A stretch of DNA of 64,000 nucleotides from the human T2T-CHM13v2.0 reference genome, Homo sapiens. The notes under the pieces are model-generated. The model searched no databases. It saw only the letters and a list, made by a program, of their open reading frames with translations, and was not told the origin of the DNA. The stretch is from the NCBI RefSeq assembly GCF_009914755.1, contig NC_060941.1; one strand, written 5' to 3'. A program made the position numbers and the translations under genes. This document shows, piece after piece, positions 35,056 to 53,294 of the stretch (position 1 is the first letter of the stretch; the number at the start of each line of letters is the position of its first letter).

Positions 35056-35368
35056 GCTGGGCACGGTGGCACACGCCTGTAATTCTAGTGTAATTCTAGC
35101 ACTTTAGGAGGCCAAGGCAGGCGGACCACTTGAGGACACGAGTTCAAGACCAGCCTGGCCAACACAGTAAAACCCCGTTTCTACTAAAAATACAAAAATT
35201 AGCCAGGTGTGGTGGTGGGCACCTGTAATCCCAGCTACCCGGGAGACTGAGGCAGGCGAATCCCTTCAACACAGGAGGCGGAGGTTGTAGTGAGCCAAGA
35301 TGGCACCACTGCACTCCAGCATTGGGTGACAGAGCAAGACTCTGTCTCCAAAAAAAGAAAAAAAAAAG
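35056..35368 (+). mobile_element. AluSx (antisense left-arm fragment follows at about 35377-35447)
   Basis: Sense Alu. Confidence 0.88.
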
Positions 35369-35464
35369 GAACTTTTGAACTCGAGCAATCCTCCTGCCTT
35401 GGGCTCTCAAAGTGTCGGGATTACAGGCATGAGCCACCACGCCCAGTGAATTTATTTTGCTTAT

Positions 35465-35620
35465 TTATTTCTTTACTTCTTTGCTCTGTATCCCCATAAC
35501 TGGAATGTAAAATCTATGAGGTAAGAGACTATGCCTGTCTCATTCACCACAAAATCCCTAGCACTGTGAATGTCTGGTAAATAGTAAGTGTTCAATAAAT
35601 ATCTAATGTTGAATGAACGC
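35465..35620 (+). mobile_element. L2 3' end
   Basis: GTCTCATTCACC...CCCTAGCAC...AGTAAGTGTTCAATAAATAT...GTTGAATGAA. Confidence 0.75.
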
Positions 35621-36073
35621 GAGAAGTCAAGCCTCAGAGCAACTTAACAGCAGATGCGTCACCCTGGCAGAGAAGCCCAGTCTACATGTGGACTGTCAAT
35701 TCAAGTGCCGGTTCTCACTGAGTTGTCTATGGGGAAGCGGTGTGGGACGATCAGTGGATGGTGCTCTTACCTGCTACAACTCATAAGAGTACCAGAGGGA
35801 GTGGGAGTGAAGAGAAAATACAAAATTGTATTTGGAAATCAAATTTCTATTAACAAGATATAGAAACTTTGAGCCTCTGGATTCTCTGCAGACATCTCAT
35901 TAATTCCCCAGCACAATTTTCTCATGCAAGTTCCTACATGAGGTACAGGAACTAAACTTTCTAAAAACCTAAAGCATGTCAATCTCTTTTCCTAGCCTCA
36001 GGTCTGAGAGAGTGACAGAAGAAGAAAGGGGACAGTGAAGAGAAAAACAAGAAGGCACATTAAATATACTGCC

Positions 36074-36533
36074 TTTTGTTGTTGTTGAGACAGGGTCTCA
36101 TTTTGTCACTCAGGGTGGTGGGAACATAGCTCACTGCAGCCTCGACCTCCCAGGCTCAAGCAATGTCCCTGCCTCACTCCCCAGGAAGCTGGGACTACAG
36201 GCACGTGCTACCATGTCTGGCTAATTTTTGTATATTTTGTAGAGACGGGGATTCACCATGTTGTAATCCCAGCACTTTGGGAGGCCAAGGTGGGTGGATT
36301 ACTTGAGGCCAGGAGTTTGAGACCAGCCTGGTCAACATGGTGAAACCCTGTCTCTACTAAAAATACAAAAATTAGCTGGACGTGGTGGCGCATGCCTGTA
36401 GTCCCAGATACTCGGGAGGCTGAGGCAGGAGAATCACGTGAACCCGGGAGACAGAGGCTGCAGTGAGCGAGATGGCGTCACTGCACTCCAGTGTGGGTGA
36501 CAGAACGAGACTCCATCTGGGGGGGAAAAAAAA
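36074..36533. mobile_element. Antisense AluJ fused head-to-head to a sense AluS, both 5' ends missing
   Basis: Junction ...TTCACCATGT|TGTAATCCCAGC... at 36261/36262. Confidence 0.88.
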
Positions 36534-36729
36534 GTTTAAAAACGTAAAATTCTTAGAATAATATCTAAGACAAAGCAAGTCCTCAGTAAACTGTAGCTTT
36601 TACTGTAATTATTCATCTGGGAGAGAGAGAACTTATGTTTAATTCTTTGGAAAAAATGGCAGCCTTCATAACAAGTCAGAGACAATATGAAACAGTGGGA
36701 AAGCGCTAGACTAAATATCAAAACACCTC

Positions 36730-37350
36730 CTGGAGCAGAGTTTGCTAGTTACCTCCCAATCCAGTCTTCCCTTCTTTAGCAAAATAACTTTGATTTTTAG
36801 CTAAGAGTATGAGTGCATGTGTGTGTTTTAGACACAGGGTCTCAATATGTCACCCAGGGATGGGATACGGTGGCATGATCATGGCTTACTGCAGCCTAGA
36901 ACTCCTGGGCTCCAGTGATCCTCCTGCTTCAGCCTCTAGAGTAGCTAGGATTACAGGTACGTGCTAACACATGTGGCTAATAGCTGGATACATTTCTGCC
37001 AGCCAGGTGACCATATTTTCAGCTTTTTCTGCAGGTAGGATAGCCATGTGACTCTTGAGATGTAAATAGAACTTTTACGTAAAACCTTGAAGAAGTCTCT
37101 TTAAATATATGGGGCATACCCTTTCTGTTTTCTTCCTCCATTAAGCTGCCTGCTGATGCTCTACTAACCATCTTGGGATGGGACCACATTGTAGGATGTT
37201 GTATACTGAGCTGGAGGTTCCAGTGTCTGCCAACTTGGGGAAGCCAAGTGGTAGAGCCCGAACACTAGCCCTGGACTGCCTATGTCTAGACTCTTGATGT
37301 AAGAGGATAAAACTGTATGTTTAGGCCTCTTATTCACCTAAATCTAATAC
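36730..37350 (+). mobile_element. MLT1 (MaLR) solo LTR, interrupted by an Alu right-arm monomer at about 36825-36985
   Basis: GCCATGTGACT...GAGATGTAA, CCCTGGACTGCCTA..TCTAGACT, AATACA end are typical of MLT1J/K-like LTRs. Confidence 0.5.
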
Positions 37351-37359
37351 AAAATGATA

Positions 37360-37800
<441 letters not shown>

Positions 37801-38149
37801 TAAGTTTTATCTATGAAAATGAAACACTGAGATTGGAAAAGCAAGTGTTAACAATGAAGGCATAAAGACAAAATCACTTTTTAAGAAGTCTATGAAAGGA
37901 GGCTGTTTATAAGAGTAGACAAATTCCTTATAGAAGGTCATGAAAATTGATCATGTTGGAGATAATATTCTGAATCCTGCTAAATACACTACTAAATTAT
38001 CTCAGTAGGAATCTTGTAATTTTCCACTCTTTGAAGTCCATGGCTTCTGATGCTGATTCATTCCTAATTAAATGGCTTTAGCTATTCAAATCCTAGTATC
38101 TCCCTCTCAATATCCTCCCTGTCATCATCCCAGACCTTTTTTAAAAAGT

Positions 38150-38770
<621 letters not shown>

Positions 38771-38809
38771 AAAACTGAGTTATACTTAGTGACTTTATCA
38801 CAAAGCAAA

Positions 38810-39271
38810 GCTGTCTAAGAGAACCTTATGGCAATAATGGAAATGTTCTATATTATGCTTGACAATACAGTACCCATTAGTCTCATGTGGTTACTGACCA
38901 CTAGAAATGTGACTAGTGTGACTGAAGAATTGATTTTTCAATTTTACTTAATTTTAATTAACTAAGTTTTGACTGATTGATTGAAACAGTGTTCTCACTC
39001 TGTCACCCAGGCTGGAGTGCAGTGGTGCAATCACAGCTCACTATAGCCTTAACCTCTCAGGCTCAAGCAATCTTCCCACCTTAGCCCCTTGAGTAGCTGG
39101 GACTACAGGCGCTACCACCATGCCCAGCTAACTTAAATTTTGTGTAGAGATGGAATCTCACTATGTTGTCCAGGCTGGTCTTGAACGCTTGGACTCAATC
39201 CTCCCACACTGGCCTCTCAAAAGTGCTGGGATTACAGGCATGAGATACCACACCTAGCCTATATATATATT

Positions 39272-39311
<40 letters not shown>

Positions 39312-39670
39312 TGTGTGTGTATATATACAGATATAAATATATACATATTTTTTGAGACAGAGTCTCGCTCTGTCGCCCAGGCTGGAGTGCAGTGGTGTGA
39401 TCTTGGCTCACTGAAACCTCTGCCCTGGGGTTCAAGCGATTTTCACGTCTCAGTTTCCTGAGTAGCTGGGATTACAGGCATGCACACCATGCCTGGCTAA
39501 TTTTTGTATTTTTAGCATAGACGGGGTTTCACCATGTTGGCTAGGCTGGTCTCGAACTCCTGACCTCAGCCTCCCAAAGTGCTGGGATTACAGGCATGAG
39601 TCACTGCGCCTGGCCAATTAATTTAAGTAGACAAATGTGGCTAGTGACTGTTATCAGTCAACCACACAGT
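38810..39670. mobile_element. MER3-like element interrupted by two Alus
   Basis: GGAAATGTTCTATAT...ATGTGGTTACTGACCACTAGAAATGTGACTAGTGTGACTGAAGAA; resumes near 39616. Confidence 0.6.
38975..39615 (-). mobile_element. AluJ, (TA)n/(TG)n microsatellite (about 39260-39345), AluS
   Basis: Antisense Alus around a dinucleotide tract. Confidence 0.88.
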
Positions 39671-40149
39671 GAGCTCTAAGAAATAGAAGTAAATCATGGC
39701 ATTTCTTCATTTCTATCTCATCTATCTCATTGATTCTAAATATCTGTGGCAAAATGTTTCCTTTTCGCCTGCTCCTGACACTCCTTGGAAAGTCTCCATT
39801 TCCCTATTCAGAATTTGGATTTAATGATCTTTCCAGAGGAATAGACACATATGTTCAACACACACACGCATACGCACACAGAGTCCTAAGTCAAACTCAG
39901 GGAAAACTTTACTGAATACACCAAAATAGCTGGATTCATGGAATTCACCAAAAAATGCACCAAAGACGATTCAATCCCTGAAAAGGCCTCACCTTTTTTT
40001 CCTTTTTTTTTTTTTAGCTTTTTTGTCTAAAGACACCAGAATTTCAATTATCCTTCTTGGTAAGTCCTTACATAAGTTTAGTATGTTCTTTTTATTAAAT
40101 AAAACACAAGAAAAAACAGGCATGTTCTGCTCCTGAAAGATCAAATTAA

Positions 40150-40510
<361 letters not shown>

Positions 40511-42629
40511 TTACTACTACCACACTAATAGGTAGACAGGAGAAAAGCAACTCTCCAGAAGGGAGTACCAAAAGTGGTGATATACGGAGAAATGTTTTTC
40601 CAGCTCAAAAGAAACACACTAGAACAAACACCCTAACCTTGATGACCCCCACAGGCTGCTATTCAGGTGCTCATGTTTTCGATGTGAGCCAAAGTGTCAT
40701 TCCTTAAAAAACTCCTTGATGTGACTCCAAGAAATGGTGTGACAGTACTCGCTGCAGATTCGCTTACAGGCACGCCAGCAGGACCTTTCACATGCAAATG
40801 GGCTTACTCATCACAGCTGTCAGGGTTCTCGGGGAGGAGTTTAAAAGAAAAGGCAACACTTCCCTCTCAGTGAACTGAGGAGTGTGGCTGACCCTGATTA
40901 AGTGAGAATGAAGGGATAAAAGACACCTGGAGAATGACCCCAGCAAGCAGAAAGCGCCATGGGACTAGGTCTTGAGAGAACTTGATGGGAATTGAAAGTC
41001 TTTGGCTCTATAGATTCTCTGATTCAGTCAGCCCACCTTGATTGGTTTTGGCACATCCCCCACCCGCAAGCTGGCTTAGATATTCATGGACCTTAGTACA
41101 GAATCCAAATGTCCTCTGTATCTCCAAGTCAGATCTTCCTTGTCTTTACAGCAGGAGTGCCTGTCAACCATGTCATTCAGCTAGGCCTCACTGGCTCTTC
41201 CTCACACAGCCCTCATAAGACATGAGCACCACACTAGACACTTGGGGATGGCGGTTGGAGAGTAGTATCACGGAGCTCACAATCGAATTGTCCAGTGTGT
41301 AGTCTTAAAGGCAGATGCAGACAGAAAGAGCTGAGCGATGGCCCAGAACTGTGTCCACACCTGGAAAATGCCTTTGGTGTTGTTATATCACAACATGGAA
41401 ATACAGTTATTTAGTAGGAGGCAGGAAAAAAAAAACACCCTGGAATTTCAGAAAGAAGAAAAAAAATATACGGTAAAGGTAGGCAGTGGCTGGGATTAGT
41501 GAAAATGACAGTGAAAGCTTTAGATTTTTTCAAATGTAAAGGTTAGGGAAATGAGAACTGGATACTCAAACACTCCAAGATAAAGAAGCCTGTCCCCCAT
41601 CTACAGGAAGTTTATCCCTGACATCTAAATAGTCATGTTTTAAAATCAACAAGTTTGCTGGTTCTCAGCTGCCACTAACCAGAACCCCCAGTGGCTGTGG
41701 CCTACAGTGTAGACAGACTGTGCCCAGCCAGACTAAATGAAGACATATAACCGGAAGTCAGCCACCAGCCTGACCCCTCCCAGTTTCAGGAGGAGACTGA
41801 GCAAAACACTATCCAGCTACAGGAGTAGTAGACCAGATGCTTTAACCCTAGCAGCATGGGGTACAAAGGACCCCACATATGAATCAGCAGATTCAGAGAG
41901 TAAGTGGTCTATGACCCAAGGAAACTCTAAGAATAAGAATGGAAACTTACCAGCAAGGTCAGCAGGACTTTTGGTTTCCCCCACCTCTCTCCCTCCCTGT
42001 CCACTGCAGTTACATATTCATGTCCACAGTCACATATTTTTAAAATTTGATATAATTATCTCCTAGAAATTACTGTATGTAGCCTCTTGGGATCTAAAGC
42101 AATTAAGTGAAGATAAATGTATTTCATAGAGCAAGCTGTCAAAGGATAAAGCAATTTCATTCCCCATTTGAAGTGGAGGCTTGGGTCATGCATGGTTTAT
42201 TTGAAACAAAGCCATCACCTAAAGCTGCTGATCTTATCTCTAACTCTGTTCTCCATTCCAAACTGCTGGAGATGTGTAGCGTGGCACTGCCTGAAGTTAT
42301 GACATCTGGCTCAAGGCCAGCAGAACAAGCCAGCTCCTCTTCTAGGTTTCAAGCATAAGAGGACGAAAGTCATATTAAAAGACAGTAACTATACAGGTGA
42401 AGTCTGTTAAACCCTAAAAAAGGGAGATGTTTCCAGGGTATTGGGAGTGACTACAGAGGCATCTAACAATGGGGAAGTTGTGCAAGAAAAGGCAGAAGAA
42501 ACAGCCCCCAAATGGGGTAGGTAAAATAAATGCCAAGGAACCAGATTTTTCTCTTCTGGGAGACACCAAACCAAACAGTGAGGCCTATTTCACCAAACAG
42601 CCTAAGAGATGGAAAGCACGCCAGACTGA

Positions 42630-43629
<1,000 letters not shown>

Positions 43630-43656
43630 TGACACTTTATTTTTTTAAATTCTTCA

Positions 43657-44060
<404 letters not shown>

Positions 44061-44134
44061 TTAGGTGAAATCCATGCATGTCAGACCTTGTCTGAGCACT
44101 GCTTTTTACAGAAGCCTTGACAAACTGGAATTGC

Positions 44135-44310
44135 CTTTCAAGTATTAGTGCATTGGAATCACCTGGAGAGCTTGTTAAATGAGCCTGCTGGGCTCCACCC
44201 TCAACTGTTTATGATTCAAAAGGCTGAGGTAGGGCCTAAAACATTACAAGTTCCCAGGTGAATCTGATGCTGCTGGTAATGGCACAGAGAAATCTGGCCA
44301 GGAGAATGAT
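44135..44310. mobile_element. MER5A
   Basis: GAATCACCTGGAGAGCTTGTTAAA...ACAAGTTCCCAGGTGAATCTGATGCTGCTGG. Confidence 0.75.
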
Positions 44311-44314
44311 CTAG

Positions 44315-44500
44315 AATTGCAGTGTTTAATACAGTAGCCACTAGCCACATGTGGATATTTCAATTTAACTACATTAAGATTTGTTTTTCGGTTGCACTAG
44401 CCACATTTCAAGTATTCAAAAGTCACATGTGGCCAGTGGCTACCATAGAGGATGGTGTGGAAATAGTAACTTTCCATCATTACAGTACTAAACACTGCAT
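44315..44500. mobile_element. MER3/MER33-like hAT-Charlie element
   Basis: AGTAGCCACTAGCCACATGTGG...CACATGTGGCCAGTGGCTACCAT internal palindromic pattern. Confidence 0.65.
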
Positions 44501-44519
44501 CATTACATAAAGTCCTATA

Positions 44520-45160
44520 ATATTTCGCAGCACTGGCCAAGAATCTATTTGATTGCACTGGTTTGTTTAGCTTAGAGAAAAGAAAACGTAAAGAGAATTT
44601 CAAGTATAACTAAGGTGTGTCAGATATAGAAAAAACAGACTTTGTGATTTTGAGAAAACTTTTAAAAAATCATTAAGTGGGAATTACAGGAAGGCAGGCT
44701 GTGTTCAGTTTGAGAAGGAACTTTTTTTTCTTAGAGATGCGGTCTTGCTCTGTCACCCAGGCTGGAGTGCAGTGGCACAATCACAGCTCACTGTAACCTT
44801 GAAATCCTGGGCTCAAGTGATCCTCCTGCCTCAGCCACTTGAATGGCTAGGACCACAGGTGTGCACACCATACCCGCTAATTTTTAAAAAATTTTTTTGC
44901 AGAGGCAGGGTCTTGCTATGTTGCATGGCTGGTCTTGAACTCCTGGGCTCAAGTGCTCCTCCTACCTTGGCCTCCCAAAGTGCTGAGATGACAGGCACAA
45001 GCCACCTCACTCAGCCTGAGGAGGAACTTTTTATAGTGACTGTCTCATAATAGAGTAAATTCTGGGGAAGCATCTGGAGCAGAGGCCATTGAGAAAACTG
45101 GAGGACTATTTTTTCATTAGATAAGAGACTGGCCCTGATGTCTTCTAAGGAAGCTTTTAA
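44520..45160 (+). mobile_element. L3/CR1-like relic interrupted by an Alu
   Basis: TGTTTAGCTTAGAGAAAAGAA, TTACAGGAAGGCAG..., GAAGGAACTTT. Confidence 0.45.
44722..45016 (-). mobile_element. AluJ
   Basis: Antisense Alu, TSD GA.GGAACTTTTT. Confidence 0.9.
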
Positions 45161-45635
45161 CTCCATGGTTCCTTTGTAATCAATCTGATCCAATTTTATA
45201 GTTACAATCACTGTTTACCATTTCTTTGGAATCTAGGATACTTTTCTGAAGTATGTACTTCAGGTAGAAGAAACTTCGTTTAGTGAGGATATTTGGTGAT
45301 AAACTCTGTTTTGTTTTTGTTTTTGGCGGGAGGACAGGATCTCACTATGGCTGGACTCCAATGCCTGGGCTCCAGTGATCCTCCTGTCTTAGCCTCCCAA
45401 GTGGCTGGGAATACAGGCGCACACCAGCTTCTCCCAGTCCTTATTGTTTAAAAATGTCTTTATAACACCAAAGCACAAGTAACAAAATAAAATAAACCAG
45501 ATTAATTGGACTTCGTAAAAATTAAAACATTCAAGAAAGTGCAAGGACAATCAAATCATAGGGAGAAAATATTTGTAAATCATTTATCTGATAAAGGACT
45601 TGTATCCAGAATCTATAAAGAACTCCTGCAACTCA

Positions 45636-45773
<138 letters not shown>

Positions 45774-45829
45774 GAACTCCTACAACTCAATGTAATCTTT
45801 CTATCTATCTATCTATCTATGAACTCCTA

Positions 45830-46185
<356 letters not shown>

Positions 46186-47207
46186 GTAGGCAAATATTTG
46201 AACAGTATTCCAAAGAAATACCAACAGCCACTGAACACATGAAAAGCTGTTCAACATCATTAGTTATTGAGAAATGCAAGTGAAAATCACAACTGAGATA
46301 CCACTTCACACACACTAGGATGGCTATAATAAAAAAAATAATAAGTGTTAGTGAAGATGTGGGGAAATTGAACCCTCATACATTTGCTGCTAGTGAGAAT
46401 GTAAAATGTTGCAGCTGCTTTGGAAAACTGTCTAGTGTGGAAGTTCCTCCAAGAGTTAAACACAGTTTACCATATGACCAAACAATACTACTTCTAGGTA
46501 TATATATCTAAGAGAAATGAAAACATATGTCCACATAAAAACTCATACACAAATGTTCATATCAACATTATTCATAATAGCCAAAAAATGCAAACAACCT
46601 AAATGTTTATGAAACTGATGAATGGATAAACAAATGTGGAATTACCATATAATGGAATATGATTCAGGCATAAAAAGGAATGAAGTACTGATATGAGCTG
46701 TGACATGGATGAACCTTAAAACATTAAGCAAACCAGAAGACACCAGATACAAAAGGCCATAATTATATGATCCCATTCATATGAAAGAAGCAGAAGAGGC
46801 AAATCTAGAGAGACTGAAAGTAAACTAGTGGTTGACAGGGGCTAGGAAGAAGGGAAAATGGAGATGACGCGATAGGTAGAGGGTTTCTTTATGAGGTAAT
46901 GAAAATGTTCTGAAATTAGTGGTGACTGTTGTATTGCTCTATGAATATAATGAAACAACGGAATTGTGTACTTTAAAAGGTTGAACTTCATGGAATGTGA
47001 ATCATATCTCAATAAATTGATTAAAATTTAAAAAGGGTATTAAAACATCTTCACTCTTATTTTGTAGTTAGGAAATAATAAATTGTATCTTTTTAAGCTA
47101 AAGGGGTTAAAAGTATTCTTTTAGATTTTTTTCTCCACAACTGTACTGGGGTATAACTGAAGTGTACTAAAACTGCACATATTTAAAGTGTACAATTTGA
47201 TCAGTTT

Positions 47208-47777
<570 letters not shown>

Positions 47778-47819
47778 ACCTTTGTTTATCCTTTACAAGG
47801 TAGCTTTTTTGGGAATGAT

Positions 47820-48370
47820 AATTATTTACTTTAAGTATATTAAAGGCTGTGGGCTGATTTCCATGGAACTGTATCCACGGGAATTCTTTGTGGCCTGAGT
47901 AGAAGCTGCTTTTTTCCAGAGAGGACTTGTCTTTGCTTCTGCGGGTTACCCTGGGACACTGTCAGACACAGAGATCACTTTAAATTAAACCATCTGCTGC
48001 TCAAGGTTTTTCAGAGTACATAGGTAGTATGAATTCAGACTCAAAACTCAGGTGAGGGTTAGCTCATGGTCGTAAAATGCTCACCATGAGGTTTCCTAAA
48101 GCTGGAATCCCAGCTTTAGGCAGGGCCTCCTACATCATTCCTCACCTAGGGCGCACCCCACGCTTTCAGGCCCGCTCACCATAGTCCAAGCAGTTTTTAG
48201 TGAGTAAGCCCAAAGCTTCCAGGGCTTGACAGAAATCATCAGGGCAAGCACCAGCCAGCTTTGGCACTCGCTTACTTTTCAGAAATCTTTTGTTCATTTA
48301 GTTCTTAAGATCTGCAGATTTCTCGTTTTCATGCCAGCTCAGGATGCGTTATATTATAGTTAGCATTTTA
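47820..48370 (-). mobile_element. Probable old L1ME 5'-region fragment
   Basis: CCAGAGAGGACTTGTCTTTGCTTCTG...CACTTTAAATTAAA...GAATTCAGAC resembles antisense L1ME 5' sequence; recognition only. Confidence 0.4.
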
Positions 48371-48371
48371 T

Positions 48372-48687
48372 GTTATTTATTTATATTTTTATTTTTTTGG
48401 AGACAGTCTCTCTCTGTCGCTCTGTTGCCCAGGCTGATCAGTGGGGTGAAATCGGTTCACTGCAACATCTACCTCCTGGGTTCAAGCGATTCTCATGCTT
48501 CAGCCTTCTGAGTAGCTGGGACTACAGGCGTGTGCCACCACACCCAGCTAATTTTTTTTTTTTTTTTGTCCTCTTAGTAAAGACAGGGTTTCCCCCAGGC
48601 TGGTCTTCAACTCCTGAGCTCAGGCAATCCACCTGCCTCAGCCTCCCAAAGTGCTGGGATTACAGGCGTGAGCCACTGTGCCCAGCC
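48372..48687 (-). mobile_element. AluS
   Basis: Antisense Alu. Confidence 0.9.
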
Positions 48688-48802
48688 TATAGGGAGCACT
48701 TTAGCTGTGTTAATTGAGAAGGTTGTTCAGTGTATCTAATCCTACCATACAACTAAAAATGGAAGACCCTATTAAGCTCCTTGAGTTCTAAAAACCTCAT
48801 GT

Positions 48803-48937
48803 AGGGTGGGCGCAGTGGCTCACACCTGTAATCCCAAAACTTTGGGAGGCCGAAATGGCCGAGATCGCGCCACTGCACTCCAGCCTTGGTGACAGAGCAA
48901 GGCTCCATCTCACCAAAAAAAAAAAAAAAAAAAAAAA
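48803..48937 (+). mobile_element. Alu with a large internal deletion
   Basis: ...GGAGGCCGAAATGGCCGAGATCGCGCC... joins the 5' end to the 3' end. Confidence 0.85.
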
Positions 48938-49820
48938 GCATATAGCTTACCTTTGCATCAGAAGCCACAGAGAGGATGCTGATGTACCTCCAGAAATAAA
49001 AACAAAAAAGAAAAAACAAAAAACAAGAAGCCACAGAGAGGAAAATCCATTCTTATTCATCCATTCTGAACTCAATTAGGTGACTGTTGGTAACTGGAAT
49101 AGTTTCTGGAAAGCACAATCCACCCTGAAGTTTGGGTCAATGTAGATTCTACCTGTCTGCAACTGTTCCTGAGTAGATGAATGATGCTCTATCTAAATCT
49201 CAATATATATTCCATGTCTTTCAGTTATTCAGATTAGCATCTGAATAACTAAAAATATTTAAAATAAGTAAAATCTTAAGGGACTCCTTTCCTAAATATT
49301 TCTCTTTGTTGAAACAAAGAAACAACAGGAGAAAAAGGGCCTAGAAGATATGATTAAATGAACTAAAATAATATATGTGGGAGGTTATAATTCTCAAAAA
49401 ACAATAGTAATGCAAAAATATGCTTAAGTAAAACCTAGTGAAGCATGTGGAAGCATGAACTCTGGTGTCTGGCACATGCTAAGTGGTAAATATTTGTTAG
49501 ATTACATAACATGCTTACTTTAGATGGGCAGGTGATGGGGCCAATGCATCCACATCCCTAAACAATGCTGAGCAGACTTTGTGACCATTTTCAGGGAAAA
49601 ACCAAGTCAGAGACTTGACCCTTGCCCTAGTTCAGAGGAGGCAACCCCATACTGGGAGATGAACAGATATGAGTAAGTAGGTCACCTGTGCTCTGTTCCC
49701 CTTACCTACCAAAGAAACATACAGCCTTTGGTCTAAGACAAAAAGACTAAATTTGTTTTGCCTTCAGGTTTAGCAAAGAATTTCAGTAACAGTGAATTTG
49801 ATGGCTCAAGATGATAATGT

Positions 49821-50136
49821 CTTTTCTTTTTTTGAGACTAAGACTCTGCCACTCAGGCTACAGTGCGGTGGCGTGATCTCAGCTCACTGCAACCTCCACC
49901 TCCCATGTTCAAGTGATTCTCGAACTCTTAAGCTCAAGTGATCTGCCCACTTCAGCCTCCCAGGTAGCTAGGACTACAGGCGCATGCTGCCACGCCCGGC
50001 TAAGTTTTGTATTTTTAGTAGAAATTGGGTTTCACCATGTTGACCAGGCTAGTCTTCAATTCCTGGCCTGAAGTGAGCCACTCACCTCAGCCTCCCAAAA
50101 AGCTGGGATTACACGTGTGAGCCACCACGCATGGCC
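49821..50136 (-). mobile_element. AluS
   Basis: Antisense Alu. Confidence 0.88.
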
Positions 50137-50154
50137 TAAATTTTATTTTTATAA

Positions 50155-50290
50155 AATCTTTACAAAGTGCTTTCATAGAGCTGATCTCCTTTAATTCTCA
50201 CAACAGCTCTTTGAGCTGGGTAGGGCAGTTAGGGGTTTCCTTATTTTATTGAAGAAGATACAGAAGCCCAGAGAGGTTACAGGGATATTT
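50155..50290 (-). mobile_element. MIR fragment
   Basis: TTTAATTCTCACAACAGC...CTTATTTTATTGAAGAAGATACAGAAGCCCAGAGAGGTTA. Confidence 0.6.
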
Positions 50291-50371
50291 CACTTTTGCT
50301 TCAAAAAGAAAGAAAATCCAAAAGAAGGTATATATGAGATAGAGTTTTTGTTCGTTTGGTTTAGAAAGCTA

Positions 50372-50852
<481 letters not shown>

Positions 50853-51172
50853 TGATCAGAGCCAACATCTGACACCTTAATGCTCAAGCATTCCAAGGCC
50901 AATCAACTGAGAAAGGAGAAATTATACATTTAAAATGAACACAACAAATAAGCACACAAAAAGATGTTCGACATCACTTGTCATTAGGAAAATGCAAAAT
51001 CAAAACCACAGTGCAATACTGCTTCACACCAATACACCGACTAGGATGGCTGTTACTAAAAAACAAAAGTATTGTGAGAATGTGAAGAAACTGGAACTCC
51101 TGTGCACTATTGGTGAGGATGTAAAATAGTACAGCCGCTGTGGAAAATGTATGACGATTCTTCAAAAAATTA

Positions 51173-51530
<358 letters not shown>

Positions 51531-51822
51531 CTACTTCTGGGTATACACCCAAAAGAATTGAAAGCAGGATCTCAAAGAGATATTTGTACATTTACGTTCA
51601 CAACAGCCAAAAAGTGGAAGCAACCCAAGTGTCCATCAACAGGTGAATGGACACACAAATTGTGGTAGATGTATGCATACAACAGAATATTATTCAGCAT
51701 TAAAAATAAATGAACTTTTGCCACGTGCTACGGCACGGATAAAACGTGAAATCATTATGCTGAGTGAAATAAGCCAATCACAAAAGGACAAATATTTTAT
51801 GATTCCACTTATATGAGGTTCA

Positions 51823-52143
<321 letters not shown>

Positions 52144-52334
52144 TTCAGAGAGAAAGTAAATAGAATGATGGTTGTCAGGGGCTGTGGGGAGGGAGGAATG
52201 GAGACTTATTATTTCATGGGTACAGTGTTTGAGTTGGTGAAGATGAAAAAGCTCTAGAGATGGTTGTGGTGATGGCTACACAACAGTTTGAATGTACTTA
52301 ATGCTGTAGAACCGTACATTTAAAAAACTGGTTA

Positions 52335-52649
<315 letters not shown>

Positions 52650-53294
52650 TTAAAATGGTAAATTTTATCTTATGTATATTTCATCACAATTAAAAAAATA
52701 GAATGAACATTACTTAAAGAATAAGACTAATCTCTCTTCCTAACTCCTCACCCTCTTGCCTCTTCTGGTAGTTGACATTTTGCAGCTTCTGGTATTGACA
52801 ACACAAGGAAGAACAGGTGAAAGCTACCAGTGAACGAAGGGCTGTCCCGTGACCCCCATACACCTGGAGCAAAAAGCAATCTAGGCAGGGCTTGTAGGCA
52901 CTCCTTGACATCGTGGTCTGACTGGCAAGGCCAAATATTGTCCTCAGCTCTGTCTGTGTGAGATATGGAGGTGAAGAAAGAAATAACAAAGGACTGCTTC
53001 AGTTGTCTTTTTATGGGTTGGGCCCTCCAAGAAACAGAGCTGGCTCTTAGTCCTAAGAGGCTAAAACTTGCCTTCTATCAAAATGTAAGTCAGTGGCAAA
53101 GCACCAATTCCAACATTTCAGTTCTAAGTCCACAGGACTTTAATGTTTCCACCGGGAGGGTCCTGCTCATGTTTTGTAATCCTAAAAGGCAGAACTGCCT
53201 GTTCATTCATGTTCAGTTTAGCAGGAGGGCTAGAAAGGAGACAGGTTAGATTCTGGCAGAGTGCCTTCTTCCCCCAACTGCATCCAGTCTAGAG

